IMG/VR virus record: IMGVR_UViG_3300034159_000059
From: a virus
Direction: 5' to 3' (one strand)
Length of the DNA stretch: 64,000 bases
The translations under genes were made by a program, and so were the position numbers. A model generated the notes under the pieces. It saw only the letters and a program-made list of their open reading frames with translations, had not been told where the DNA came from and searched no databases. Below are positions 27,595-36,381 of this stretch, one piece after another (the stretch's first letter is position 1; each line of letters begins with the position of its first letter).

Positions 27595-27888
27595 TCACCC
27601 CGCTCGACCGCTAGAAAGCTCTTCGACCAGGGGAGGTTCTCTCACGACGTCGGACTGCGCGATCAGAGCCTGTGTCTTGGCCTTATGCTCTGAGGCGTTG
27701 CCCATCGTCATGATACCCAAAGCCGAAACGATGAGGCCCCCAAAGCCACCGTACAGCCCGACGGCGTTTGGGTAGTTTCGAACCACGAAGAGAGCACAGA
27801 AGGCCAGGCCGGAAGCTACCAGGAAGGCGATAAGCTTGCGGTTTCCTTCAGTGATTCTCTTGACGAAGTCTGCCATGCGCTCCTCCAA
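27595..27888 (-). CDS. putative holin (two TM helices)
   Basis: 97 aa. Hydrophobic segments LIAFLVASGLAFCALFVV and GLYGGFGGLIVSALGIMTM, with a charged C-terminus. Confidence 0.45.
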   Translation of the reverse strand: MEERMADFVKRITEGNRKLIAFLVASGLAFCALFVVRNYPNAVGLYGGFGGLIVSALGIMTMGNASEHKAKTQALIAQSDVVREPPLVEELSSGRAG

Positions 27889-28284
27889 TCAGGATGTGCT
27901 GACTGATTGGAGCGCAACAACAGGGCTGCGGGAAGCATTTTTCTCGACGAGGTTCTTCACCACGTTGAAGAGAAGAAGCCATCTCTGCTGGTCAGAGAGG
28001 GAGAGAAAAGCGTCTTCCGTCATTCCTTGGATCTGCGCACACATGTCTTCTACACGCTGTCGATCGACAAGCTTTGCCTTCCTCGCAGCGATCCCTGCTT
28101 GATCGGCGACGACAACTTTTCCGTCTTCGACCTTGTAGAACTGAGGACCGACTTCAAAGAAGTCGGGAGGCACCTCCGTAGTTACGACTAGTTCTCCATC
28201 ATTCAAAAAACTGTGATCCGCTGTGTCGTCAGAAGACGCAGAACGAATCACTCCTGACTCGTTGAGGTATGTGAGTTTTGCCAT
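27889..28284 (-). CDS. hypothetical protein
   Basis: 131-aa ORF. Confidence 0.45.
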   Translation of the reverse strand: MAKLTYLNESGVIRSASSDDTADHSFLNDGELVVTTEVPPDFFEVGPQFYKVEDGKVVVADQAGIAARKAKLVDRQRVEDMCAQIQGMTEDAFLSLSDQQRWLLLFNVVKNLVEKNASRSPVVALQSVSTS

Positions 28285-28292
28285 GTTCGATC

Positions 28293-31200
28293 CTAGTCAA
28301 CGATCCACGCCGCGGCAGTGAATCCGTTAGGAAGTGTGCCGTTTCTATCGGACGAAACACCTAGAGTGTAGGTCCAGTTTCCGTAAGGGACGGCCACCAT
28401 TCCTCCGGCAATACAGGACTCTGTGTGCCCGTTGTACACTTGATTCCCAGTGGTCGCGGTCGCTCCGTTACTGACCGACAGCGTGATGTTGTACGTACCA
28501 GGACCGTCTCCTCCGTTGGAGATGGAGCCTACGAAGAAGAAGGCCATGTGAGCGCCGTTAGGGTTGGGCACATTCACTGGACCGGACAACCACGTTTCTG
28601 CGAAGCCGAAGTAGTGTGACTCCGTCCTGCCTCTAGCGACGGCGCCACCACCACGGCTCGCAAGGGAGCTGGGTACGACGTACTGATCATGGTGATGGTA
28701 GGCGTCTGCACTGTACCCACTAACCAACGTCTTCAGAGCATTGGGTTCGAGAGCCCGCCAGGAATTGTCCTGCCCTGCTCGCAGATCCCGTATCCACAGA
28801 CGCCCGATGTGATCTGCGTCTACTGAGATCGCGGCCCCGTCGCTACCAGCCGGCCCGTCATAAGCACGAACTCCGTAGCCTAGGTATTTTCCACCAAGGA
28901 TACCGAGCGCGTAACAGGCGCCAGAGAAAGATGCTGCGCCGGCTGAGCTAACAGAGCCCGCAGTCCCGAGATCCAAGCTCTTACCCTTGATGACGCCTGT
29001 CCCTGCCGTAGAGACATCAAGGCTCTTGCCTTTGAACTGCCCAGAAGCTCCAGCAGAGATATCGACGGCGTTGCCGGTCATGTTGCCGGAGGTGTCGATC
29101 GCGGCCTGTCCAGCGTTGATGTCGAGACGGTCCGCCTTCACGAAACCATCGGCGCCAGAAGTGACGTCGAGCGACTTGCCGGTGACCGCACCCGTCGTAG
29201 CGATGGTCGCCTGGCCGCTGTTGACATCAAGCCGATCTGCCTTCACGAAGCCGTCTGCCCCTGACGTCACGTCGAGAGAAGTGGCAGTAGCTGCGCCTGC
29301 CTGACTGACGGCCGCGTTCGGGAGAGTGAGGTTACCCCCGCTGCCGATGTCCCCAGCGACGGCGAGAGCTTGCGCGATCACCATACGTCCTCGGACGTTG
29401 GTAGGGTTTCCGAGCTTGCCGATGTCGACCGCTGGAGCGCTGGCCCCGAGGTCGATGTTGTCGAGAGAGTCCAGGGTTCGGCGCTGTCCACTGGAAATGT
29501 GACGAAGCCCTCTCGTCCAGATGCTCACCGAAGTGGTGTTGATGAGAGTCTTCGTGAGATCCACCACGAAGTCTGCAAGCAGGAACGAGTCAGGAGAGGT
29601 GACGTTGAAGAGAGGCCCAGACGCTCCATGAGTGAGACGAATGTCCGGACTGGCCCCTCGGAGCTGGATTCCTGTGCAGGGGACGATCCACCCACCGGTT
29701 GGCGCAGTGAGAGGACTCGTGACGATGATCTCAGCCCAGTAGAAAGGAACTCCCGCCTTCGAGAGTCGGTAGAGATACTCGAAGGCGCTTTCCAGAGATA
29801 CGAACTGCGACCCGACTCCGACTGTGATGGAGATCGTATCGCTTGCGTCCACTCTAGAAGCCGAGGAGAAGGTCGTGACGTGTCCGTTACTACCTACCGT
29901 CACGCTCAGAAGCAGCTTCCCTTTCCCGGCAGTCAGAGGGGTGAAACCGTTCTGCTCTTCCGAAGTGGATCCGTCTCTGGGCTCCACACCTAGGAAGGTC
30001 GGAGAGGCTGCGGAGGCAGACTTGATCTGACAGTCGTTCTCATCCCAGTAGTAGAGCCAGTTCTGCGCAGACCCCGTCGAGATGTACGAGAAGGTCTGTG
30101 AAGGCACACGCACCGGCCGCCCATGCCACCGAACCATGAAGGCCCCGATGGTGAGGGCAGATGTGCCAGAAGTGAGAACAGGCCTGGAGAGAACAGCGTT
30201 CGGCTGTGTGTCGAAGTTTGCTGCGAAAGGAGCGAAGACTCCGTAGCCCTGATCGATGAGAGCTTGGATGGTACGCTCTCTCTTTGAGGCAGGGACGGCC
30301 GCCCAGACATCGACCTGAGCTCCAACGGGAACAGGCGGTGTGATTTGGAGCTGAGCACCCGTTGCGTAGGGACCACGGGTAATGGAAATGCTGCCCCAAG
30401 ACTCCGTGCTCTGCTGCACCCAGTTGAGCTCCACCACAGGCTGCTCATCCGCCAAGGTGACGCCAGCAAGGGCAAGCTCTACAGGAGACATCGGACGCAG
30501 AGCCAGGTGGCTTGCGTCGACCACATCTTCGACCATCCAGCGAAGTCCGTTGTTCGACCACGGGGTGATGTTCTCGGCCCCCGTGATGGTGACGAAGTCC
30601 CCAGGTTGGACCGCGTTGAGGTTCGCAGTGAGCTCTACCACTCGACCGTTCCGCACAGCCGTCAGGGCAGTGGAGGCAAGAACTTGTTGATTGCCTCCAA
30701 CGAGGTCCGTGTTCGCCTGGTCTAGGACGCCAACGACTCTGCTCTGGGAGACCTGCTTCGTCGCGTGATCGACGAGGAAGAAGAAGTGCGCCAAGTTCTC
30801 CTTCGAAGAATCAGAGAAGCCGACGAAGACCTTCTGAGAACCGCAGTCGAAGGCGCTGATCGGAGAGCTGGCGGTGATCGTACCGACATTTGCCAGCGTG
30901 ACCTCCTTTCGCATCTGCTCGGCGAAAAGGACGTCTGTGTTCGACATCACCCGGCCCATAGCGCGGATGAAGGCATCGCTGGTGAGATTCTCTCCTGCGG
31001 CCGGAAGCGCTGTGCCGAACGGTTGTTCGATGTCGGCCAGAGGGCTGGTCGTCAGGTCCCCACCAACTGAGTAGAAGTTCTGAGTTCCAAGGTCGAATCC
31101 GAGAGCGGTGGCGGCGGTCCCTCCCGTCACTTTCACCCAGCCAGTACCGCCACCAGTCTTGGTACGCAGACCGACGCAGCCTCCGGCATCGAACGCTTGG

Positions 31201-31472
31201 ACGTTGATCGAATCAAGTCCTGTGCTCAAAGCCGAGAGCACAAGGTCCACCCGAGCTAGATGTTGAACTGAGCTTGGGATTTGTACCGAGGCGCTTCCTG
31301 AGTCACTGGCGACGATGAGAGTGTCCCCAGAGGTGATGTTGGGGAAGTATGGGTAGGCAGAGTCAGCGTCGATATCGTTTCGCCGAAGGTTGCCTCGAAC
31401 GAAAGCCGCAGTCGGTCTACGAAGAGCTTTCCCTGCAAGCTGTGGGCGGCGGTAGTAGGTCATCTGCGGCAT
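28293..31472 (-). CDS. tail fibre / tailspike-like protein with internal tandem repeats
   Basis: 1059 aa. Gly/Ser/Thr-rich beta-type composition. Repeated ~36-aa units (SLDVTSGADGFVKADRLDxNxGQAxI). Confidence 0.55.
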   Translation of the reverse strand: MPQMTYYRRPQLAGKALRRPTAAFVRGNLRRNDIDADSAYPYFPNITSGDTLIVASDSGSASVQIPSSVQHLARVDLVLSALSTGLDSINVQAFDAGGCVGLRTKTGGGTGWVKVTGGTAATALGFDLGTQNFYSVGGDLTTSPLADIEQPFGTALPAAGENLTSDAFIRAMGRVMSNTDVLFAEQMRKEVTLANVGTITASSPISAFDCGSQKVFVGFSDSSKENLAHFFFLVDHATKQVSQSRVVGVLDQANTDLVGGNQQVLASTALTAVRNGRVVELTANLNAVQPGDFVTITGAENITPWSNNGLRWMVEDVVDASHLALRPMSPVELALAGVTLADEQPVVELNWVQQSTESWGSISITRGPYATGAQLQITPPVPVGAQVDVWAAVPASKRERTIQALIDQGYGVFAPFAANFDTQPNAVLSRPVLTSGTSALTIGAFMVRWHGRPVRVPSQTFSYISTGSAQNWLYYWDENDCQIKSASAASPTFLGVEPRDGSTSEEQNGFTPLTAGKGKLLLSVTVGSNGHVTTFSSASRVDASDTISITVGVGSQFVSLESAFEYLYRLSKAGVPFYWAEIIVTSPLTAPTGGWIVPCTGIQLRGASPDIRLTHGASGPLFNVTSPDSFLLADFVVDLTKTLINTTSVSIWTRGLRHISSGQRRTLDSLDNIDLGASAPAVDIGKLGNPTNVRGRMVIAQALAVAGDIGSGGNLTLPNAAVSQAGAATATSLDVTSGADGFVKADRLDVNSGQATIATTGAVTGKSLDVTSGADGFVKADRLDINAGQAAIDTSGNMTGNAVDISAGASGQFKGKSLDVSTAGTGVIKGKSLDLGTAGSVSSAGAASFSGACYALGILGGKYLGYGVRAYDGPAGSDGAAISVDADHIGRLWIRDLRAGQDNSWRALEPNALKTLVSGYSADAYHHHDQYVVPSSLASRGGGAVARGRTESHYFGFAETWLSGPVNVPNPNGAHMAFFFVGSISNGGDGPGTYNITLSVSNGATATTGNQVYNGHTESCIAGGMVAVPYGNWTYTLGVSSDRNGTLPNGFTAAAWIVD
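29072..29285 (-). repeat. two tandem ~108-nt imperfect direct repeats inside the tail-fibre gene
   Basis: The nucleotide repeat ...gtcgatcgcggcctgtccagcgttgatgtcgagacggtccgccttcacgaa... recurs ~108 nt later. Confidence 0.6.
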
Positions 31473-31481
31473 GCGCGCTCC

Positions 31482-32171
31482 TTAGAAGCGGATTTCCCAT
31501 TCCACCTGGAACTCCAGCGCGTTCGTCTTCTCCACTGGCTCGACAAGTCCCTTGTATGCACAAGGTGCCTGCAAGACCGCAGAGTCGATGTCCGTCAGTC
31601 GTCCCGTCGGAGGAGGTCCGACTTGAAAGCCGTTGGCGGGGTTTCCGTCGGAGAAGAGACCGAGCTCTGACACAAGCACAGAGGTCGCTTCTCCGAAGGT
31701 GATCTGGTCTTCAGAGAAAACTCGAACGTACCGAACAGTGGTACGGGTTGGCGAGAGAGGGAAACTCGTAGCGTTGTGATCCAACGGGGCCAGGAAGAGT
31801 CCGGACACGAAGGGTACTGGGTGAACGAGTGCCGTGACGCTTGAGTCTTCTGTCTGAAGACCGATCCCCGTCCCGAGGTAGGCCATGCGATCTTCTCGGT
31901 AGGGAGTCTGCCCGCCCGCCGTGTACGTCATCAACATCGCCAAGAACTCTCGACCAGTGTTGGTCCAGATGTTCTTTCCTTCACGGTAGGAGCCTGGGAC
32001 GATCTTCCCTCGCTCTCGGCAGAGGGTACGAACCCATCCCTTTACCTCAACGACGCTGGCATCCTCTCCCCACGATCTCTCCAACTCCTTCGTCCCGCGG
32101 AGAGTGATTCGTCCAGAGTCGTTCACATGCACCAAATCAGAGAACATCAGAGCCTCCGGGTCACCGACCAC
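31482..32171 (-). CDS. virion structural protein (putative baseplate/tail component)
   Basis: 229 aa. 25-nt overlap with the upstream giant gene. Confidence 0.45.
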   Translation of the reverse strand: MVGDPEALMFSDLVHVNDSGRITLRGTKELERSWGEDASVVEVKGWVRTLCRERGKIVPGSYREGKNIWTNTGREFLAMLMTYTAGGQTPYREDRMAYLGTGIGLQTEDSSVTALVHPVPFVSGLFLAPLDHNATSFPLSPTRTTVRYVRVFSEDQITFGEATSVLVSELGLFSDGNPANGFQVGPPPTGRLTDIDSAVLQAPCAYKGLVEPVEKTNALEFQVEWEIRF

Positions 32172-35100
32172 TGCGTCGAGCCGTTGGTCAAGGCGACCGT
32201 CAGTTTCACAGTTGTAGCCGAGACTTGAGCGATTGGGTAGGAGCCAGGACCATATCCTACGTCCTGAGTCTTGTTCGCCCCATTCGTCAAGACATTGAAG
32301 AAGTCCCCCGGCCGGAAGCCGGACATGGCCGGGTTGAACGAGCTCCAGGTGACGGTGTCTCCAGAGATGACGCCCACTTCGGCTGACTGTTGAATCACGG
32401 TCAGCCGGGCAGAGTCCTTGATGACTCCATCAGGAGGGTCTAGAAGGACGGATCCTCCAAGTCTCTTCTTGAAGAGCGTTGCTGCGAAAGTCCCCTCTGG
32501 CGGCGGCGGAGAGAGTTGAAACCCATTCACAGGATCGAGAATCGTGAAGCGCTGCTCACCAGTGGGGAGATCGAGCTCAAGCTCGTCACCCACTTCCGAG
32601 ATGGCCCGCGCGAATTGTGAGACAGAGATGGTGTGCCCGTCGTTGATTAGGACAGTCACAAAAATCCCATCCGTCGGGAAGAGGGCCGGTTTACAGACTC
32701 CGTAGTAAGAGACTCCGTCAGGAATGGGGGGAGTGACGAGAAGCTTGTTCCACGAGGTCCCCGTCTGGCTCAGGGCAACAATCGTATGCCGAGAAGCGTT
32801 GTTGTTGAAGAACGCCAAGAACCAGTCCCCGACACCTACCCCATCTCTTCGCAGACCTCCTTCGACAGTCACCAGAGATAGAGAGTAGTCGTGGTTCGTA
32901 TCACTGTCATGATAGCTCTGAGCTACTACAGCAGAGACCTCGCCAGTTCGGATAGACAGAGTCATCGGGCGAGCGATGGCGAAATGCACGCCTGTCTTTC
33001 CTGTCTCCATCACCAACCCATCATCAGGGTTTAGGACGGAGATGGTGTCATCGGTAAGCGATCCGATGACGTAGCTCCCGTCGTTGAGACCCCCATCGAT
33101 GATGAGGAGATCAGTCGGGACGCAGAGAGGAGCTTCAAAGGACTCGTTCTCTCGCGGATTCACAAGACCACCACTCGGTACACGGATCGTCCCGTCTGGA
33201 TCGATCACCAAGTCCTTTCCGGCGCGGCGAAGCCAGAGAGGGGCCCCAAAGTCCCAATACAAAGAGAAGAACCCACTGTAGGTTCGTTGATCGAAAGAGA
33301 GACCGAACGGCAGGGACACCCCCACGGTGTCTAGAAGGACCGGGCCTGCTCCGGGACTGTTTCGGATCCTCATCGCGAGCTTGTCGCTGATGAGGACTTG
33401 GTCGGTGAACTCAGAAGTGTTGGTGATGGTGAGCGCGATGTATGAAGGCGTGATCTTCCGAAGGAAGCTGGAGACCAGGCTCACTTCATTCGGCTGGAAG
33501 ATGTTGTCGTTGATGCGAACTCGCGCGGAATGGTACTGCTGGAGAAGTTGAACCGCAGTGCGTGTTCCGGAGAAGGGGATCTTGAAGTCCGCGATCTCGA
33601 CCCCCTTCGAAAGAGACGCGAACGCTTCAACAACATCCCCCACTTGGTAGGGTTTCTTTGTTGCCGGGTTGGTGTCTACGCCTGCCAGCTCGGAGCTGGT
33701 GTCGATGGGAAAGGTGTAGATCCGGAAGACTCCTAGGGAGACGTTCTGAGCGTCCACGTCCTCAATGAGGATTCGACCCAACACCGGGTTCCCTGTCCCA
33801 TCGAGCCGATAATCGTTTTCGATGGAGCGGATGACTCCCCGCTTCTCGGTGAAAGGTAGCCCGAGAAGGAGGGATACTCCGAGTCTGATCTTGTTGATGG
33901 CGGAGCCACTGACGTAGGCGTACATGAGCCCGGCAACGGCTTGCCGATAGCTTGACTGGGTCGTTACACTCTCCAGCTCTTGTTTGGTGAGACCGACCAA
34001 GAGGCCGAAGTTGCGTTCGATGTTGTCTGAGTTGTCGAAGAAGGAAACCTCAGCCCACAAGCGTTTGGGGGCCGCATTCTTGGAAGAGAAGAGGCCGGGG
34101 ATGAAGCGAAGGAATCTCCCAGACAAGCCGCGCCTTACCTCGACCACCCCTGTCACGTAGTCAGAGAGCGGGTAAAGCGGCACAGGACGAGACAACCGCA
34201 GCTTCCGTCGAGAGAGCACCTGCACTACGGAGTAGTCTCCGTACAGAAGGAGAGGGGCCTCGATGTGGAAGGTGTCTCCTGGAGAGATGCCGAGGTCTAC
34301 GAAGTCTCCACCATCTGCCTCGACAACATCGGTTCCGGTGCGGAAGGTGAGCTCTCCGGAGATCGCAACATCCCCGTCCACCACGTAGTGGGCGCGCTCG
34401 GTCACCACGACAGGCCGTCGATCCAAAGAGAAGCGAGCGCCTCCTCGAATCTTGTAGAGCTGTCCGTTCTCTTCCAGAATCGTGGGCTGAGAAATGTACT
34501 CCTGAAGCGCTGGGATCGATCGGACAGAGGCGTCTATAGGGATCAGCCGGTTCCGGATAATGGCTCTCGGAACTACCGAGAAGCCCCATCCCGCCGCAGA
34601 GAAGACCGTCTTCGAAGAGAGCTCGGTATTCCAGAACTCTCGTTTGAAGAAGATCGATCCCAAGTACGTCACGATCGCCTGAGCATCCCCTGAGAAGGCA
34701 AGGGAGTTGTTTGGGAGTTCTACCGCTTGGTAGGTCCCAAGCTTCGAGGACAAGGTGAGTAGGAGCTCATTCTGTAGAGGAGGGACCTCCCCTTCGGCCA
34801 GATCATCCGTCGAAAGAACGAAACCAAGACGGTTCTTGGAAGCGCCTACAACTTGGAGACGGATGTCCGCCGACGTTCCTCGATCCGACACCACAGACAC
34901 AAGAAGAGTGTCTCCAGGGCGCACACCCATACTCTCAAAGTCAAGAGTCTGAGAGACGAGAGTATGTGGGACTCTCCAAGCAAGGGCCTTCTGTCCTGGG
35001 ATGACCGTCTTACCTTCCACAGCGATCATCACCACAGGCACTCGTTGCGTAGTATCTACTGCTGAGCGCGCGATCGTGTAAGCGTTCCCGTTCACGACGA

Positions 35101-36373
35101 TCACCCGGCCTGGCGCAATCTGGGACAGGTTCGAGGCTTCGGAGAGGGGAACCGTGATCGTATCGGAGAAGCCGGTCTCTACTGCTGGAATGACAAAGCC
35201 GACGGGGCGGTACACCTTGGCGGGCACCCCGTCTGCGGTCCCGGCCGCCGGCGGCTTTCTGTCGACGATAATGTATCCGCCGCTCTTATCTACGATCCGG
35301 TAGTACCCCGCATTGACGCCAGAAGGGATGACGACGACATCGCCGATCCTGACGTCGTCGAGACCGCTTGGACGGGTCGACTTGTAGAAAGGGTACCCGT
35401 ATATGTCGGACATCACGAGGTCGTAATGCCGCTCGTCTGTGGTGGTCCAAGTAGTGGACTGCGGATCGAAAAGGAAAACTGCTCCGGCGATGATGACGTC
35501 GGACGGAACACCTTCCTGAAGGTTCGTCGGGTTCCTGGGAATGCTGGTGGATAGACGAAACCCATTCTGCTTCGCAGTGGTACTGGAGATGGCGTAGGTG
35601 CCGATGTTCTCAGGGCTGCGTGAGTAAAGGATCTGGAACGGTTTGCCTGCCAGATCTGGACGCACAGCTCCTTGAGTTACGATGAGCTCATTCTTGGAGA
35701 CGATGACAGCGAGCCCAGACTCTCCGAGCGCGCCAGTGGAAGCTCCCTTGCCAGCGCTGTGATTGCCAAGGAAGAAGCTGACATCGTCCTCGCTCAACGA
35801 GAACTGAGGTTCGTAGGACAACCAGCGCCGCTGGTAGAAGTCTTGAATGTCCCTGATGCTCTTGTTCCAGTCATTCTGGTAGAGCTTCAAGAGATCCGCT
35901 CCACAGATCTGGATGAGCGCCGACCAGAGCGTTTCAAAGAAGTCTCGGCCATCCACCTGAGTCCAGACGTCCCGCAGGTAGCTCCAGATGAACTTGCCAT
36001 CCGGAACCAGTCCTCGTGCGTGGGGCACGAGGATAGCTCGAACATCGATGGTCTTCGTCAACATCGGGCTCTCGAACACACCGTTCGAGACGAAGAGACC
36101 GACGACGTACTGACCTACCAGATCAGGAGAAAAGGAGACCTGGGCTCCGAGGTCATCGAGGGTGCGAAAGCCCTCCAAGGCGATTTGAGAGCCGATCGGA
36201 ACAGAGACGAAGCCAAAGGTGTAAGTGAGGGAGTGGCTGTCTGGATCCGAGCTCAGCCGTCCATCGAGGCTGATGATCGACCCCAAGACTGCGAACTCTT
36301 GGCTCGTCACGAACGAAGCGACGGGGACCCGCTTCTGACTGACGACTGAACCGGTTAGGACGAAAGAGGTCAT
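32147..36373 (-). CDS. giant virion structural protein (1408 aa)
   Basis: Long ORF with codon bias. Beta-rich composition typical of tail or baseplate proteins. Confidence 0.55.
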   Translation of the reverse strand: MTSFVLTGSVVSQKRVPVASFVTSQEFAVLGSIISLDGRLSSDPDSHSLTYTFGFVSVPIGSQIALEGFRTLDDLGAQVSFSPDLVGQYVVGLFVSNGVFESPMLTKTIDVRAILVPHARGLVPDGKFIWSYLRDVWTQVDGRDFFETLWSALIQICGADLLKLYQNDWNKSIRDIQDFYQRRWLSYEPQFSLSEDDVSFFLGNHSAGKGASTGALGESGLAVIVSKNELIVTQGAVRPDLAGKPFQILYSRSPENIGTYAISSTTAKQNGFRLSTSIPRNPTNLQEGVPSDVIIAGAVFLFDPQSTTWTTTDERHYDLVMSDIYGYPFYKSTRPSGLDDVRIGDVVVIPSGVNAGYYRIVDKSGGYIIVDRKPPAAGTADGVPAKVYRPVGFVIPAVETGFSDTITVPLSEASNLSQIAPGRVIVVNGNAYTIARSAVDTTQRVPVVMIAVEGKTVIPGQKALAWRVPHTLVSQTLDFESMGVRPGDTLLVSVVSDRGTSADIRLQVVGASKNRLGFVLSTDDLAEGEVPPLQNELLLTLSSKLGTYQAVELPNNSLAFSGDAQAIVTYLGSIFFKREFWNTELSSKTVFSAAGWGFSVVPRAIIRNRLIPIDASVRSIPALQEYISQPTILEENGQLYKIRGGARFSLDRRPVVVTERAHYVVDGDVAISGELTFRTGTDVVEADGGDFVDLGISPGDTFHIEAPLLLYGDYSVVQVLSRRKLRLSRPVPLYPLSDYVTGVVEVRRGLSGRFLRFIPGLFSSKNAAPKRLWAEVSFFDNSDNIERNFGLLVGLTKQELESVTTQSSYRQAVAGLMYAYVSGSAINKIRLGVSLLLGLPFTEKRGVIRSIENDYRLDGTGNPVLGRILIEDVDAQNVSLGVFRIYTFPIDTSSELAGVDTNPATKKPYQVGDVVEAFASLSKGVEIADFKIPFSGTRTAVQLLQQYHSARVRINDNIFQPNEVSLVSSFLRKITPSYIALTITNTSEFTDQVLISDKLAMRIRNSPGAGPVLLDTVGVSLPFGLSFDQRTYSGFFSLYWDFGAPLWLRRAGKDLVIDPDGTIRVPSGGLVNPRENESFEAPLCVPTDLLIIDGGLNDGSYVIGSLTDDTISVLNPDDGLVMETGKTGVHFAIARPMTLSIRTGEVSAVVAQSYHDSDTNHDYSLSLVTVEGGLRRDGVGVGDWFLAFFNNNASRHTIVALSQTGTSWNKLLVTPPIPDGVSYYGVCKPALFPTDGIFVTVLINDGHTISVSQFARAISEVGDELELDLPTGEQRFTILDPVNGFQLSPPPPEGTFAATLFKKRLGGSVLLDPPDGVIKDSARLTVIQQSAEVGVISGDTVTWSSFNPAMSGFRPGDFFNVLTNGANKTQDVGYGPGSYPIAQVSATTVKLTVALTNGSTQWSVTRRL

Positions 36374-36381
36374 GCGTTCTC

